Source: Batkoa obscura (Eukaryota). Taken from it: a stretch of DNA of 38,690 nucleotides. Positions 24,618 through 36,849 of this stretch are shown piece by piece. The DNA is taken from contig JASVEC010000163.1 in assembly GCA_030770535.1 (NCBI GenBank), positions 1-38,690 of the forward strand, written 5' to 3'. Under the pieces are notes generated by a model. The model was not told the DNA's origin and searched no databases. It saw only the letters and a program-made list of their open reading frames with translations. Each line of letters begins with the position of its first letter. The stretch's first letter is position 1. The position numbers and the translations under genes were made by a program.

Positions 24618-26743
24618 ATTTTATTTAACCTTGAAAAATGAAAATTAACAATAATTGTTATTTTTCATCTGGCATTTTATTACACAGTAATAAATTTGTA
24701 CTTGTAATAAAGTAAAGCATTTGCTAGGATCATTTATTGAAATATATACTACTATAACATATTCTTTCTTAGTTTTATAGTTCAAATAGTAGTTTAATTT
24801 AATAATTAAATTAAAGTTAATATCATTTGCTGATTACTTAATACTAACTAAATTATCATGATATCGATGGAATCCCTATTCTTTTTAATAAGGAACAAAT
24901 TTTTATAGTATTAAATATAAATAAAAACAAAATTTAATGATATGCAATAGCCTTAAAAACATTAAATTATAAACTCTATTAGAAATTATTAAGTCATGTA
25001 CTGGCTTAAATAAAATTAGATTTTAACCTAATTTTTTATATTCACTTAATTATAAAAATAGTTTAATTCAAATATATTTTTAACAGTAACACACCTGCCT
25101 GTAAGGGTCCAAGATTTTTTTAAAGGCACTTTATGTAATATTACTATAAACATATCAAATTTAAGATTAAAATCGTTATAATAATGCCTTACTTTTTTAA
25201 TAAAATAATACTTTTAATTATAATAAAAGTGGTTATATTATTTTTATTCGACACTCTATACTATTTCACTCTTTATACATTTTTTGCCTATCATATATGA
25301 GAGTGTATTGTCGGTGACTTTTAACATTACCGTTATTCGCTATAATAACTTATTTATAAAATTCATAAATCTGATAGATTACTAGATTACATAAATATTT
25401 TCAATATTGTATAGTATATTGGATCTAATATTTCAAGCATTTTAATGTTTACATCTTACTGGAATGTTAAATAACTATTCTTTGTTGATACTAGAAAGCT
25501 TTCACTTAGATGCTTTGGGTATATTTTACTTAAAATAAGTTAAGTGAAAACTTTAATTTATTAATTGTATTCTTCATTGTGTATTTGTTTAATAGCAATT
25601 ATAAATACATGATTGTTACTTAAACACTTGGTTAAATAATTGTTATATAACAAAATTCTTTTGGCTTATACTTAAAAAGGATAAAACAAAATAAAATAAA
25701 TTATTTCCGTATGCGGATTTTTTAAAAACTTAGAATTCAACATTTCTAATACTCCTGTAATCCGCAATTAATACTTGTTTTTAACATTCTTCTCTTTTTC
25801 CAGCTTATTAGATCCTCATAAAAAAATAGAAACTCTATCTCCAATAACATCAATATAAAGCTATTAAAAATAAAATTTTTGCCACCCAGAAAAACACCCT
25901 GCATGATAACTACTTAAGTTTACACTGGATAACTATTCATTTAAGAGAATTTCATAATTCCAAGCCTTAAATTTACTAAACAATATAAATTATTAATATA
26001 AAAGCTATCAGTATATAAAGCACATTTGAACTTAAACAGTTGTAATACATTTCGATATCAAGCTTTATGTTTTTTCGGGTAAAAACGGCTTCTAAATAAG
26101 AATTTTGTATTACAGGAATAGCATTTATAATTTAAAAATAGCAAAAAATTCATAGAATTATCATCACATCGAATAATAGAATTTTTGATTTATTATTTTG
26201 AAATTATATCCAACATGATTACAGGTTGTAAAATTATTTAAAGCCAATGATATTAAAGTAAAGGAAGTATCTAAATTTGTACTTTGATTTTTACCTCTAA
26301 GTAACAACTAACGTCTTTTTCTATTCAAATAGATTTTCTAAAGCTTTCGAAATACAATCGTCACATACCTTTATTTATTGTAATGCGGATATTTATAGCA
26401 TCGAAAACATTTAATCTAAAAGATATACCCAGATTTACATTTTATTTTAAATAAAGCATCACCAGAAAACGTGAGGTCACTTAAATGGTAGAAACATTTT
26501 AGTCTAGTAAACAGTGATTGGTAATTGTAGAATAGATTTTTTTACCATTGAATTAAAAAGATGCGTAGATTCTAAATTAAGAACTAATTTATTTCAAAAT
26601 AACCATTTTTATAGCTACAAAACAGCTAAGTTCCACAAGATTTATTACATTTATTGCTCATTTCCATTGGTATCACCATAGTTCCATTTCAAAATTATAT
26701 AAACGCATCAAAATACAAAATACTCATAAATAATTAATTTAAG

Positions 26744-27508
26744 ATGAATTCAACTGATAATATGATAAACAAGGGGGAGAAAACGAGGAATCGCAAGGTG
26801 GTAAACCTTAATGTTAAAAGAGCCATTATTCAACTTGGAGAAGAAGGTTTAAGTCATAAAGCTATAGCTGAGAGGTTTGAAATAGGAAGAAGTACTGTTA
26901 CCAAAATATTGCTACGTAAAGAAATTATCTTAAAGAGCGATTCAAATGAAAATAGTATAATAGAATGTAATAAACCAAGGATATTAAATGAACTCGAATC
27001 ATTGTTATTTCAATGGTGTACTGGTGAAGGTGAAATCAAATCAGACGGAGCCATTTATATCAATAAAAATGTTACTCGTAAATCTATACTCAACAAAGCT
27101 AAAGATATAGCTAATGACATGAACTTATCAAACTTCCCGGCTAGTTTATCATGGTTCAAGGGTTTTGTTGGTAGATACAATATTGTTTTACCAACAAAAC
27201 AAAAAAGTATTCTAGTTGTTAAAAGTAACGTCCCTGAAGATTATGTTTTGGGAGGCAAAATAAACTCAAGTATCCCTTTAAGTGTTAGTACACCTCAAGA
27301 ATATCATTCGATTGCTTCCAGCTTTCCTATGATGTCTAGCGCTTTTCAAAACTATTCAGAGATTAGTTATAATATTCCTATGAGACCTATTGTAAGTTTT
27401 GATTCAAGGCCTAACAACCCATATGGAAATTTTCGCCCTAATGACTATGGACTAAATCGTTATAGGGAAAACTCTAGTCATTCTTCAGATTACATTTACT
27501 TTCACTAA
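26744..27508 (+). CDS. CENP-B/pogo-type double-HTH protein lacking DDE (paralog 2)
   Basis: RKVVNLNVKRAII...SHKAIAERFEIGRSTVTKIL; LESLLFQW...ILNKAKDIA...FPASLSWFKGFVGRYNI; VVKSNVP motif; TATATAAA about 45 nt upstream. Confidence 0.85.
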   Translation: MNSTDNMINKGEKTRNRKVVNLNVKRAIIQLGEEGLSHKAIAERFEIGRSTVTKILLRKEIILKSDSNENSIIECNKPRILNELESLLFQWCTGEGEIKSDGAIYINKNVTRKSILNKAKDIANDMNLSNFPASLSWFKGFVGRYNIVLPTKQKSILVVKSNVPEDYVLGGKINSSIPLSVSTPQEYHSIASSFPMMSSAFQNYSEISYNIPMRPIVSFDSRPNNPYGNFRPNDYGLNRYRENSSHSSDYIYFH

Positions 27509-28049
27509 TGTAGCCTTAGATATATTTATTTCATTTTCGATAATTTTGATGTAGTTTAATAGCAAATAAATAACTTTTCAGTTTTAATGCATTTATTTCT
27601 ATTTTCTCTGTAGTTCAAACTAACTACTTATTCTATATTAGTTCATAATATTTCACAAAATATATTGTTTGTTCCTTAAATATGATGCTTTGTCATTTTA
27701 ATATAATCAATTTATAAAATAGGAAATGTGAATATTTATAAATTTGTATTTCCGGAAAATAGATAAGCACGAATATTTTTATTGATGTGTTCATTTTATA
27801 ACTAAAACGTGATTTTATATAAACAGTCATTTCGTTTTGTTTATTCTTATTTAGTTTGTAATAACAAAGTATTGATAACTAATATAATATATAAAAATGT
27901 ATTTTTTGATTTCATTTTCTGTCCATTTCTAAGCCCTATTAACTAGAAAAATTATTAATAGAGTTTTTAAAAGAAAAAGACATGGCTAAATATATTATTT
28001 AATTTATCCTATACATTTTTTAAATTATGAAGAAAAATTAAGCAGATTT

Positions 28050-28418
28050 TTAATACTTTATTAAGGTTAAAGATTCTATTCTGACTTCAAAATTTGTTTG
28101 GTTCCTTTTCCTCATCTTGTCACTTTCCATAGCATCCTCTACTGAATTTCCAAAGCGTTGGCATTGATAAGAACCCTCATTTTTCACACATGATTTAAGA
28201 TCTTGTACAAAATTTGATTTCTATTTAATTTAGCTTACCATCAATTCGATTGCCTCTTTTCAATCATATCGCTCTCCATATTCGATGGAAAGTCCTCTGG
28301 AGATTGGAATCGAAATGGACCTTATTTTGCCCTTTTCAATCTTACAAGGATAAGAAAAGATTGGATTATCTTCCCATACTTCCAGAAAGACTCCATTGAA
28401 TAATGCGATTCTCAAAGC
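28050..28418 (-). pseudogene. Possible decayed coding fragment of unknown origin
   Basis: Locally GC-richer island; one frame reads 123 codons with three clustered internal stops. Confidence 0.35.
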
Positions 28419-28531
28419 TTACTGAATTTAATGTGTAAATTTTTATTTTATTGAATAAAATACTGTAGATTTATACCTTTCAAGGGAAGGAAAATTATTG
28501 ATGTGATGACAAAAAAACTATGTTAATGTAT

Positions 28532-28630
28532 GAGGATCTATTTTTGTATTTGAGAATTTTACTAACAATTTTTCCACTTAAATAGTGCTTAAAAAATGGA
28601 AAAAGTAATGAAGTCAAAAAAAACATCCTT
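28532..28630 (+). mobile_element. ~98-bp MITE, copy 3
   Basis: GAGGATCTATTTTTG...AAAAACATCCTT flanked by GTAT/GTAT. Confidence 0.88.
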
Positions 28631-29086
28631 GTATTATTTTTTTAACTTTTTATTAATATTTTAACAAATTACATAATAAAAACCTGTAAAAATTAGATAT
28701 TAATTATTTTGCTTTCTAGTTGTTTTATTTATGTCATTGATATTGTAATTATTAACTTATTACATGTAATAAATAAAACTAGCTCATATTAAATACAATA
28801 TACAAATTTTTGATACTTTTAGATCTTTAAAATTTAATTAAACTTCAAAATATTTTAATATGAATATATCAGATTTTATCATGAAATTTTTAAAATGCTC
28901 TATACATTTAAAATAACCACCTATCTATAAGCTGCTCGTTTTTACTACTTTAAGTCATTTAATAGTAACATCGTTATTTCTTCTAATGCTTTCTTCTTTA
29001 GGTTATACCTGAATCGATTTGTATACAGTAAAGTTAAAAGTTCTCAGCATAATTTGCTTGTATTAACAGTGAAAGTTTTCTAATAT

Positions 29087-29184
29087 GGGGATGTGTTTTT
29101 ATATTTAAGGATTTTAATAACAATTTTCCCGCTCAAATAGCGCTTAAAAATGGAAAAAGTAATGAAACCAAAAAATACATCCCC
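29087..29184 (+). mobile_element. ~98-bp MITE, copy 4
   Basis: GGGGATGTGTTTTT...AAAAATACATCCCC flanked by ATAT/ATGT. Confidence 0.9.
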
Positions 29185-29715
29185 ATGTAGTAATCTTGTT
29201 TTCTTGTATTTTCTTGCTTCTTAATCTTTTCCTTCTATCTCAACTTTTGATCAATCATCTCCATAAAAATAGGGTAAACGTGATCTTTATAGTACTTTTT
29301 AAATAGTTAATACTACAAAAACAAGAAACATTAAAACATAGAAATAAGCGTTTTTAATTCTATAATTATTAAAATTAATAACATGTTTTGTTTTTTACTT
29401 TTAATATAAAAAATAATTTTTTGGTCTTTTAATCTTTAATAACGTCCCTAAGTAACTCCAAGCCTAATGAATTTATAGTGGGTTTTTCCACTATAAATTA
29501 AAAATACATGATAATTAGAATAGCTTAGATTAAATTCTAATAATATAAATCAAAAACATAACCCTTTGCCTTTATTGATTCAAATTTTTGTATTTTTATT
29601 TTCATTATTAAAATATTCAGGGATAGTACCTTTTTAAAAATATAAAAAAATGAGTTGGAATTTCAACATTTTGCTAACATTAGTTAGAAAGTAGCATTAT
29701 AAATATTTAACATAT

Positions 29716-29815
29716 GGGGGCGTTTTTTTTTGGCCTGATTACTTTTTCTATCTTTTAAGTGCCATTTGAGTGGAAAAATTGCTAGTAAAATTCTTAAACA
29801 CAAAAACACATCCCC
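29716..29815 (-). mobile_element. ~98-bp MITE, copy 5 (reverse)
   Basis: GGGGGCGTTTTTT...AAAAACACATCCCC flanked by ATAT/ATAT. Confidence 0.9.
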
Positions 29816-30349
29816 ATATAGTTATATTTATTATCCTGATCATTTTATAAAAATTTTTAAATATGGAGGTTGGTTTATTTGATTATCATTATTAGTTGAA
29901 AGTTTAATAGTTTTCACATTAATGTAATACTTATATTAATATTACTATTAATTCATAAATATATTTATATATGTTGTGTTCAAAATTTTTCTAATAGAAT
30001 TTTGATTTTTTTGTAAGTACTTTTATTTGTACTATTATATAATAACCCCTTTAACTTTTGGAAGCAATGGCTTTGATATGCTATAATGTATAAGTAAATT
30101 CAAATCATAAAAAGAACACATGTCGCGTATATATCAATTTAAACTATTTTAATTTATTTAACTTTTTTCTTTTAGTTTTAGCTATTTTTAAAAATTCCAT
30201 AAAACTCCCATTGGGCTTGTAAAACATGTGATAGCTTTTAACTCCAAACTTATAATAGTATAGTCATTGGATTTTATTAAAAAGTAAAAAATAATTAATA
30301 ATTAATCTAAATGCAAATGGGTTAAATTATTGAAAACCAAATGGTAGTA

Positions 30350-31090
30350 TTAGTGGTGGTCAATGAATAGACCCTTTGAGGAATAGGGGATATAATTTGA
30401 TGTATTATTATCATATCCATTGGTATTAAACTCATTACTATTATATAAATAAGAGGAAGAAGAGCTGTTAATAACATTACTATATTCTAAAGCTAAGGAG
30501 TCATAAACTAGAGAGTTATAGTAACTTATAAAACGAGAGTTAAAATCCTTTTCCAATTGTATTTGCGAGCTAATTGGAAAAAAGAGGTTATCTGGCACAT
30601 TGCTCCTCACAATATTATTACATAACAACTGTTGTTTATCAGTATTATTATCAGCTAAATTACGAGACTCATCGATTTGAAGATTCAAATTATGTTTTAT
30701 AAAAAAATAATCTATCCATGAAGGCCCTGCTATTATATTTTTCAAATCTAACTGTTTGATTAATTGCTGTGCTTTCTCCAACACATCATGGCGGTTTAAA
30801 GTTGACTTTGATTGTAATTTTTTGGCTTTACTACTCACTTGAGTATACCATAAAAGCAAATGATCTTCTAACGTGCTTTCTGCATGTGAAGATTTAAATT
30901 GTTTTTTTACTTCATAGGATTGAATGATCTTACTCCTTTGATTTATTATTTTACTTACAGTGCTCCTCCCGATTCCAAATATATTGGCTATCTTTTGATG
31001 AGAGAAGCCTTGCTCTCTTATCTGGATTATCTCCTTTTTACGATCTAAACTTATATAGTTACGAACTCTTTTATTTGGTTTTAATAACAT
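30350..31090 (-). CDS. CENP-B/pogo-type double-HTH protein lacking DDE (paralog 3)
   Basis: RNYISLDRKKEII...SHQKIANIFGIGRSTVSKII; LEDHLLLWY...VLEKAQQL...AGPSWIDYFFIKHNL; IVRSNVP motif; TATATAAA at about 31142-31149 on the minus strand. Confidence 0.85.
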   Translation of the reverse strand: MLLKPNKRVRNYISLDRKKEIIQIREQGFSHQKIANIFGIGRSTVSKIINQRSKIIQSYEVKKQFKSSHAESTLEDHLLLWYTQVSSKAKKLQSKSTLNRHDVLEKAQQLIKQLDLKNIIAGPSWIDYFFIKHNLNLQIDESRNLADNNTDKQQLLCNNIVRSNVPDNLFFPISSQIQLEKDFNSRFISYYNSLVYDSLALEYSNVINSSSSSYLYNSNEFNTNGYDNNTSNYIPYSSKGLFIDHH

Positions 31091-32011
31091 TTGAAAGCAC
31101 TTGTATATTTTTTTTTAAAAACTAGGACTTTTTTATCAACCTTTATATATTTGAAAACTCGAGGTTGTTCCAGGTTTATTATCATATCAAAAATTTCTAT
31201 TTTTTAAGCAAATATCAAAAAGAGTAAATAATATTCTCGGAAAATCTTAACGACAAAAATACTGAGAAGGGGAAAATATAATAAATGACTATAATAATTA
31301 GAGTAACAAGTTATATAATTGCAAAATCATGAAGGTATATATTCGTGGTGATACAATTATATAACATTACCAGTTATAAAAGCAATACCTTAAAAAGTAA
31401 AAATCATATCTCAATTTCTAGTTCCGCCGAATATTTAAGCTTTTATTTAATTAGAGCAAACCATAATTTGTATCAATATCATATAAAATGATCAGCCATT
31501 TATAATACACTGTTTTATAAAATAGTTGCGTATGTCAGTGATTACAAATAACATAACTAAATTAGTAAAAAGCTTTATAATATTCATTTTTGTAAACCGT
31601 ATCCTGGTTACAATTATAATTTTTATTTGCTTTGTTTAAATGTTAAACTAGTTTGACCTTTACATTTACAATTATACCTTAGATATCGAAGCATTTATCC
31701 TTATTTGGTCTTTAATATAATATTAAATGACTTCTTGTTCTTCCCGTTAACTCACATATTTATATCTTGTGATTATTTAATTTTTAGTTTACTTTTAAAC
31801 TATAAGTCGTGTATAGCAATTTGTAAAAATTCATGAAGCTGATTAATTAATTAATTAATACTTTGATAATCCTTAAAATACCCACATATAGTAAAAACGT
31901 TTCAATTGACTTGAATTTACAGATATTTTATTGTAAAATTAACTGCATATTTAATTGTTATTCTTTATATTATACCTCAAAAATAAAATCATCTATGAGC
32001 TAAAAAGAGAT

Positions 32012-32109
32012 GAGAGTGTTTTTTTGATTTCATTATTTTTTACATTTTTTAAGCACTATTTAAGCGGAAAATTTGTTAGTAGAATTCTTAAACACAAAAA
32101 TACATCCCT
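32012..32109 (-). mobile_element. ~98-bp MITE, copy 6 (reverse)
   Basis: GAGAGTGTTTTTTTG...AAAAATACATCCCT flanked by AGAT/ATAT. Confidence 0.88.
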
Positions 32110-33460
32110 ATATAAATAAAACCATATCAATTTATCAATTGTTTTATGTTATTTAAGGAATAAAATTTTGAAATAATACATTGAAGTTTTGAAATAGTCT
32201 TTTTATCTAAGCTTAGTATGTTTGGCTTAATCAGTTTGGTAAAGCGCTTTTTGACTAAACTATTGAAATTTAGAAGAACACATTATATTTATAGATTAAA
32301 AATATAAGAGAGAAGCACTAAGCAAAGGCAAAAAATACAGAGATTTTATGTTATTGAAGAGCTTATTTTTGATCTATTGAAGATTTGACTACCTTTACTT
32401 TTTAGTCTCATTATAAAGCTTAAAGTAAAGTTTTCAGACCCAAAATTGGAATTTTTTATCTCTAAAATAATGTGCAAACCACGTGTATAGCAAATTTGGT
32501 AAATGACTAATTTTAAATTCCCTATTCTGTATTTAAATTTATTGAATAAGGAAAAGCATAATAAAAGTTTGTAACATATTATTATACTAACATTAGATGA
32601 GACGATAATGGTTGATCTAATAAATAGTGAACTTTTTTTAAAGCTATGATACATTAAGATAATTATTATACGGGCGGATACAATATTAAACCAGTATTAG
32701 AAGATATAATCCATAACTCTAACAAGCAAGCAAAATTACATTTTATTAAAAACACTTGTTCATTTATTTTATTTATTAAAGTTACAATCGAAATTTGATA
32801 AGCTATATATAATTCAAATCAAGTATTATATATTAACATAACTTTTATTATAGCAACTTTATTTAAGTTAAAATCAGTAGGAATCGAACCAAAGATAATA
32901 ATGGCTAGAACTCATAAATTAGTACTAAAGTCGTAAATATCACAAATTAAGTTGAGATACAACTTTTGATTATAGTAGTATAATAAAATGCAGATTAGAA
33001 ATGTGAAATAGAAGCAATTTAAAGTTAAGAATTGGAATTTTATAATATTTGACAAAAAGCAAGTATCTAGATTATAGAATAAAGATAAAAGTACTATGTA
33101 TAAGTGAAATTATCAAATAACATTATAAGTACCATAATAGATAGCAGTAGTTTTTTTTGTAACACCCAACTAAATAACAATAGATAATGGGGTTTTTAGT
33201 CAAAGAGTTTTTAACTATATCTTAAGTCATTTTAATCTTAGCCTGTATTTAGATCAATATGTGAGTTTCAAATAATTTATAACTTATAAATTAATTTATT
33301 GCAACATAGCTTTCTAGGTCACATTTGGTTAGTTTTTGGACAATATTTTTTATCAATTTAAATATCATCTCCTTGTTTTGGTAAACTGAAAAAAGACTTT
33401 TTTAAATACTGAGAAGGGAAATACCTTAAATAGGTAATAGTTTAATAAAAATCCATAATT

Positions 33461-33558
33461 GGGGATGTATTTTTTTGTTTAAGAATTTTACCAACGATCT
33501 TTCCACTCAAATAGTGCTTAAAAAATGGAAAAATAATGAAACTAAAAAAAACAGCCTC
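33461..33558 (+). mobile_element. ~98-bp MITE, copy 7
   Basis: GGGGATGTATTTTTT...AAAAACAGCCTC; TSD not preserved (AATT/ATTA). Confidence 0.85.
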
Positions 33559-34262
33559 ATTAGTTTTTTTTAATAGATACAAAAAAATCCGCATTTAGAT
33601 TATATTTGTTATGAAAAATCTGTATAGAACACTAAATATAAGTGAAATTACTAATAAGCTATGAAAAAAATCAAAAAGTTCTAAAAATTCAACAGTTTTA
33701 ATTAAAAAGACATGTGGTTTTTTTACATAAATTATATATATGTGCAAAAGTTCGCTTAAAGAGTTTTGAGTTAATTAAATTGGCCATTTTTAAAGTATGA
33801 AGGAGTTATATAAATAAAGTCTTACGGAAATCCTAATATCATCAAAAGCTGAAACTTTTATTTCTATTCTAAAAACTTATATATACATTTGATGCTTTAA
33901 GAATAATTACAAAACAAGTATAAAACTTGATACTCAAAGTCTGTTTGCTTTATATTAGTTATAAAAAGCTGAAATTTAGAAAAAAAAAGTTTACAATAAT
34001 TTATTAAAAATATATATGAAGTATTAAAAAAAAGTATTCAATAAATACAAAATTATATCAGTAGTAACAATAAAAAATAAAGAACATTTTTTAATAAAAA
34101 GCTGAGAATATAAACAAGGTTCAAAATTTAATTATATAATAGGGTATTATATTTTAAATAAAAATAACAGCTTTTACACATATCATGAGTTTACTATAAT
34201 ACCGTAATATATATTCAAATAAATTAGTAATAAATAAATTAATTTAAAAATAAACACAATAT

Positions 34263-34360
34263 AGGGATGTGTTTTTATGTTTGAGAATTTTACCAACAAT
34301 TTTTCTGCTCAAATAATGCTTAAAAGATAGAAAAAGTAATGAAGCCAAAAAAACATCACC
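34263..34360 (+). mobile_element. ~98-bp MITE, copy 8, abutting transposon copy 2
   Basis: AGGGATGTGTTTTT...AAAAACATCACC flanked by ATAT/ATAT; the right ATAT is also the left TSD of the large element. Confidence 0.9.
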
Positions 34361-34674
34361 ATATGGGGCTGTCCTAATTGGTTTCAGAATCTACTTAGAA
34401 ATTAATCCAAATTTAAAATTCCAAGTTTGTGTTCAATATAACGGTTAAATCTAAAAAGCCTAAAATTAAATGTCTCTATTTAAAACTTATTTTAATTGTT
34501 TCCTTTTCTTAAATAGCTAATTTTCCTAACTATATATTTTATGTTAGTTCTGTTAGATATTTAACAGATATATAATATATAACTATATGATTATATAATT
34601 ATATAAATACATAATTATATAAACACAGTTATTTGACTTTATTTGACTTTATTTTTTGTTGAAATAAAAATAAA

Positions 34675-36378
34675 ATGCAAACTTTCATAACTAAACTTCG
34701 AAATGGAATTTTTGAAAACTTCAATACAATAGGGAGGAGTACACAATATAAACATTGTAATTCATTTACATCAATTTTAAAAGCTACTTATAACAACCCA
34801 AGGTTCATGGAATTTTATAATAAAACAAAACAAAGAAAAGATATATTATCAAAGTTTACTATCGATAATAATAAACTTAATCAAGTAATGTATAAAATTA
34901 GTGCTTTAAGGGAAACAGGAAACAAAAGTCAGCAAGTAGCGTTATTATCAACTATAGCTTCAGTATATTCTTTTGATGAATGTAAGAGTTTTGGGTTTAA
35001 TATAAATAGAAATCAATATGATTATTCAAAAACAAGTAATAATAATAAAATATCAACATTAAAACCTATTATTAAAAATACAAAAAAAATTAAAGATGAC
35101 CAAATTGAAACTATCATACAATATTTACTAAATGATTCAACTATTTCATCAAGATTTAATAAAAAAAATAACGATAGTAAATATTCATCAGATAATATAT
35201 ATATATTAAATAAAAGTAGAAGAATGATATATAGTAAATATTTGAATGATCTAAGAGATAAAGCAGTAGCTAGGTCAACGTTCTTTAAATATATACCAAG
35301 TAATTTCAAAAATCCAGCAAGAAAAACGGATCTATGTAATATATGTACCCAGTATACAGTTAGGAAAAAGTTATTTGAAAATAAAATAAATACAGCAAAA
35401 AACAAAACAGAGATAGAAGAAATTTTCAACGAAGAAGAAAAGTTATACAAATTACATAAATTCTGTGTTGATACTCAAAAAAACACATTTAATGAAACTA
35501 TCAAAAAATTAAATAACAAAAGTTGTATAATAGTTTTAGATTTTAAACAAAATATGGAAATAGGGACAAGACCAGATTCAATAAATCTAGATCATTATAA
35601 TAAACAAGCTATATCAGTATTAGGCTTTGGTGTATTATATTTAAAAGATGATAAAACAATAGGCAAAGTTTACTTTGATTATTTATCTGAAATATTGAAT
35701 CATGATTCAGCATATGCAGGAGATTGTTTAATCGATTTAATCTCTACAGAGCTTCTATTTAAAAAGTTTACAAAAATTAATATATGGGCAGATACAGGAA
35801 ATCATTTTAGATCCCAAGAGTTCTTACATTATATGTTTAAAGAAATTCATAAAATAAATAGTAGTTTGAATGTTAATCTTAATTTTTTTGCTGAGCATCA
35901 TGGAAAAAGTATAGTTGATGGACATTTTGGAAACCTTTCAAAATGGAAAAGTAGTTTTGAAGCGTTAGGTAAAATAGAAGATATCGATCAATTAATTTCA
36001 AGATTTGAGGCTTTTATTTGTGAGCATAATAAAATTAATAACTCGACTGTTAATAATGGGAAAACAGATATAATTTTTAAAAAGTATAAAAGAAACAAAA
36101 ATACAAAAAGAATAATAGAGATGCAGGGCATTAAGAAGTATTTACACTTTATTAAACATAACAATAAACTACATTGTTATCCAGTATCTGATACATCAAA
36201 AAAAAGCGATATAGTCCCAATTAAAGTTATAGAGTCTATAGAAAACAGAAAAATTAAAAGATCGATCCCAGCTTACCTTACGAAGATAACAGAGAATTTA
36301 AAAATTTCGATATTTACTAAGCAAGTAAGTAGTTTGTTGAATGATAGAAATAGATTGTTAAATGTTAGGATTACTTAA
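34675..36378 (+). CDS. DDD-type transposase, Sola2-like (567 aa), copy 2
   Basis: Intact; four amino-acid differences from copy 1 seen (R/K, T/S, A/T, Q/E). Confidence 0.85.
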   Translation: MQTFITKLRNGIFENFNTIGRSTQYKHCNSFTSILKATYNNPRFMEFYNKTKQRKDILSKFTIDNNKLNQVMYKISALRETGNKSQQVALLSTIASVYSFDECKSFGFNINRNQYDYSKTSNNNKISTLKPIIKNTKKIKDDQIETIIQYLLNDSTISSRFNKKNNDSKYSSDNIYILNKSRRMIYSKYLNDLRDKAVARSTFFKYIPSNFKNPARKTDLCNICTQYTVRKKLFENKINTAKNKTEIEEIFNEEEKLYKLHKFCVDTQKNTFNETIKKLNNKSCIIVLDFKQNMEIGTRPDSINLDHYNKQAISVLGFGVLYLKDDKTIGKVYFDYLSEILNHDSAYAGDCLIDLISTELLFKKFTKINIWADTGNHFRSQEFLHYMFKEIHKINSSLNVNLNFFAEHHGKSIVDGHFGNLSKWKSSFEALGKIEDIDQLISRFEAFICEHNKINNSTVNNGKTDIIFKKYKRNKNTKRIIEMQGIKKYLHFIKHNNKLHCYPVSDTSKKSDIVPIKVIESIENRKIKRSIPAYLTKITENLKISIFTKQVSSLLNDRNRLLNVRIT

Positions 36379-36638
36379 GTTATTAATAGCTAAGTTAATA
36401 AATAGTCAAAGAACAAGTAACTGTAATAATATGTAAAAACTATTATTACTTGTACTATATAGGGATGGTCAATTATAGTTTTGGGGCTGACCACTCCCTC
36501 CCATGCAGCTATTTATTAACTTGGCAATATATTAATAATGTAATTATAACATTAAAGTAGTTTATTTATTTGATAATAAATCTACAATGTTGGTTATAAA
36601 GCAGTTGATAATAAATATTTCTCAATTAAGCTTTATAA
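36379..36638 (+). ncRNA. Candidate structured RNA / structured 3' UTR of transposon copy 2
   Basis: Same stems as 23789-24048; the bases at 36470 and 36586 give Watson-Crick pairs where copy 1 has G-U. Confidence 0.45.
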
Positions 36639-36849
36639 GAACATGTATTTAAGATCTAGTAGAAATTCAACTAACTTACAGTATGAGCTATAATATAATG
36701 GTTTAGAACTGTGTTTGGGTACTTTTGTTTTAATAAAAGATGTGATTTTATAGAATTTTAAGCGAAGTTTTTAAAATACAAATTTTTTTAAAATTGGATA
36801 AAATAATGAAACTAATTCAGACAACCCCATATTTTAAACTAAGAAATCA

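Larger units (their letters stand above)
34365..36828 (+). mobile_element. Autonomous-looking Sola2-like DNA transposon, copy 2 (2464 bp)
   Basis: Same TIRs as copy 1 and a perfect TSD ATAT. Differs from copy 1 by a 10-bp duplication (ATTTGACTTT, 34631-34650), a 1-bp indel near the right end and scattered substitutions. Confidence 0.9.

Noticed and set aside
32346..32654. 102-aa minus-strand ORF
   Set aside because: Composition like AT-rich non-coding DNA, no recognisable domain.
32870..32935. tRNA B-box-like GGTTCGATTCC on the minus strand
   Set aside because: No T-stem, acceptor stem or cloverleaf can be formed.
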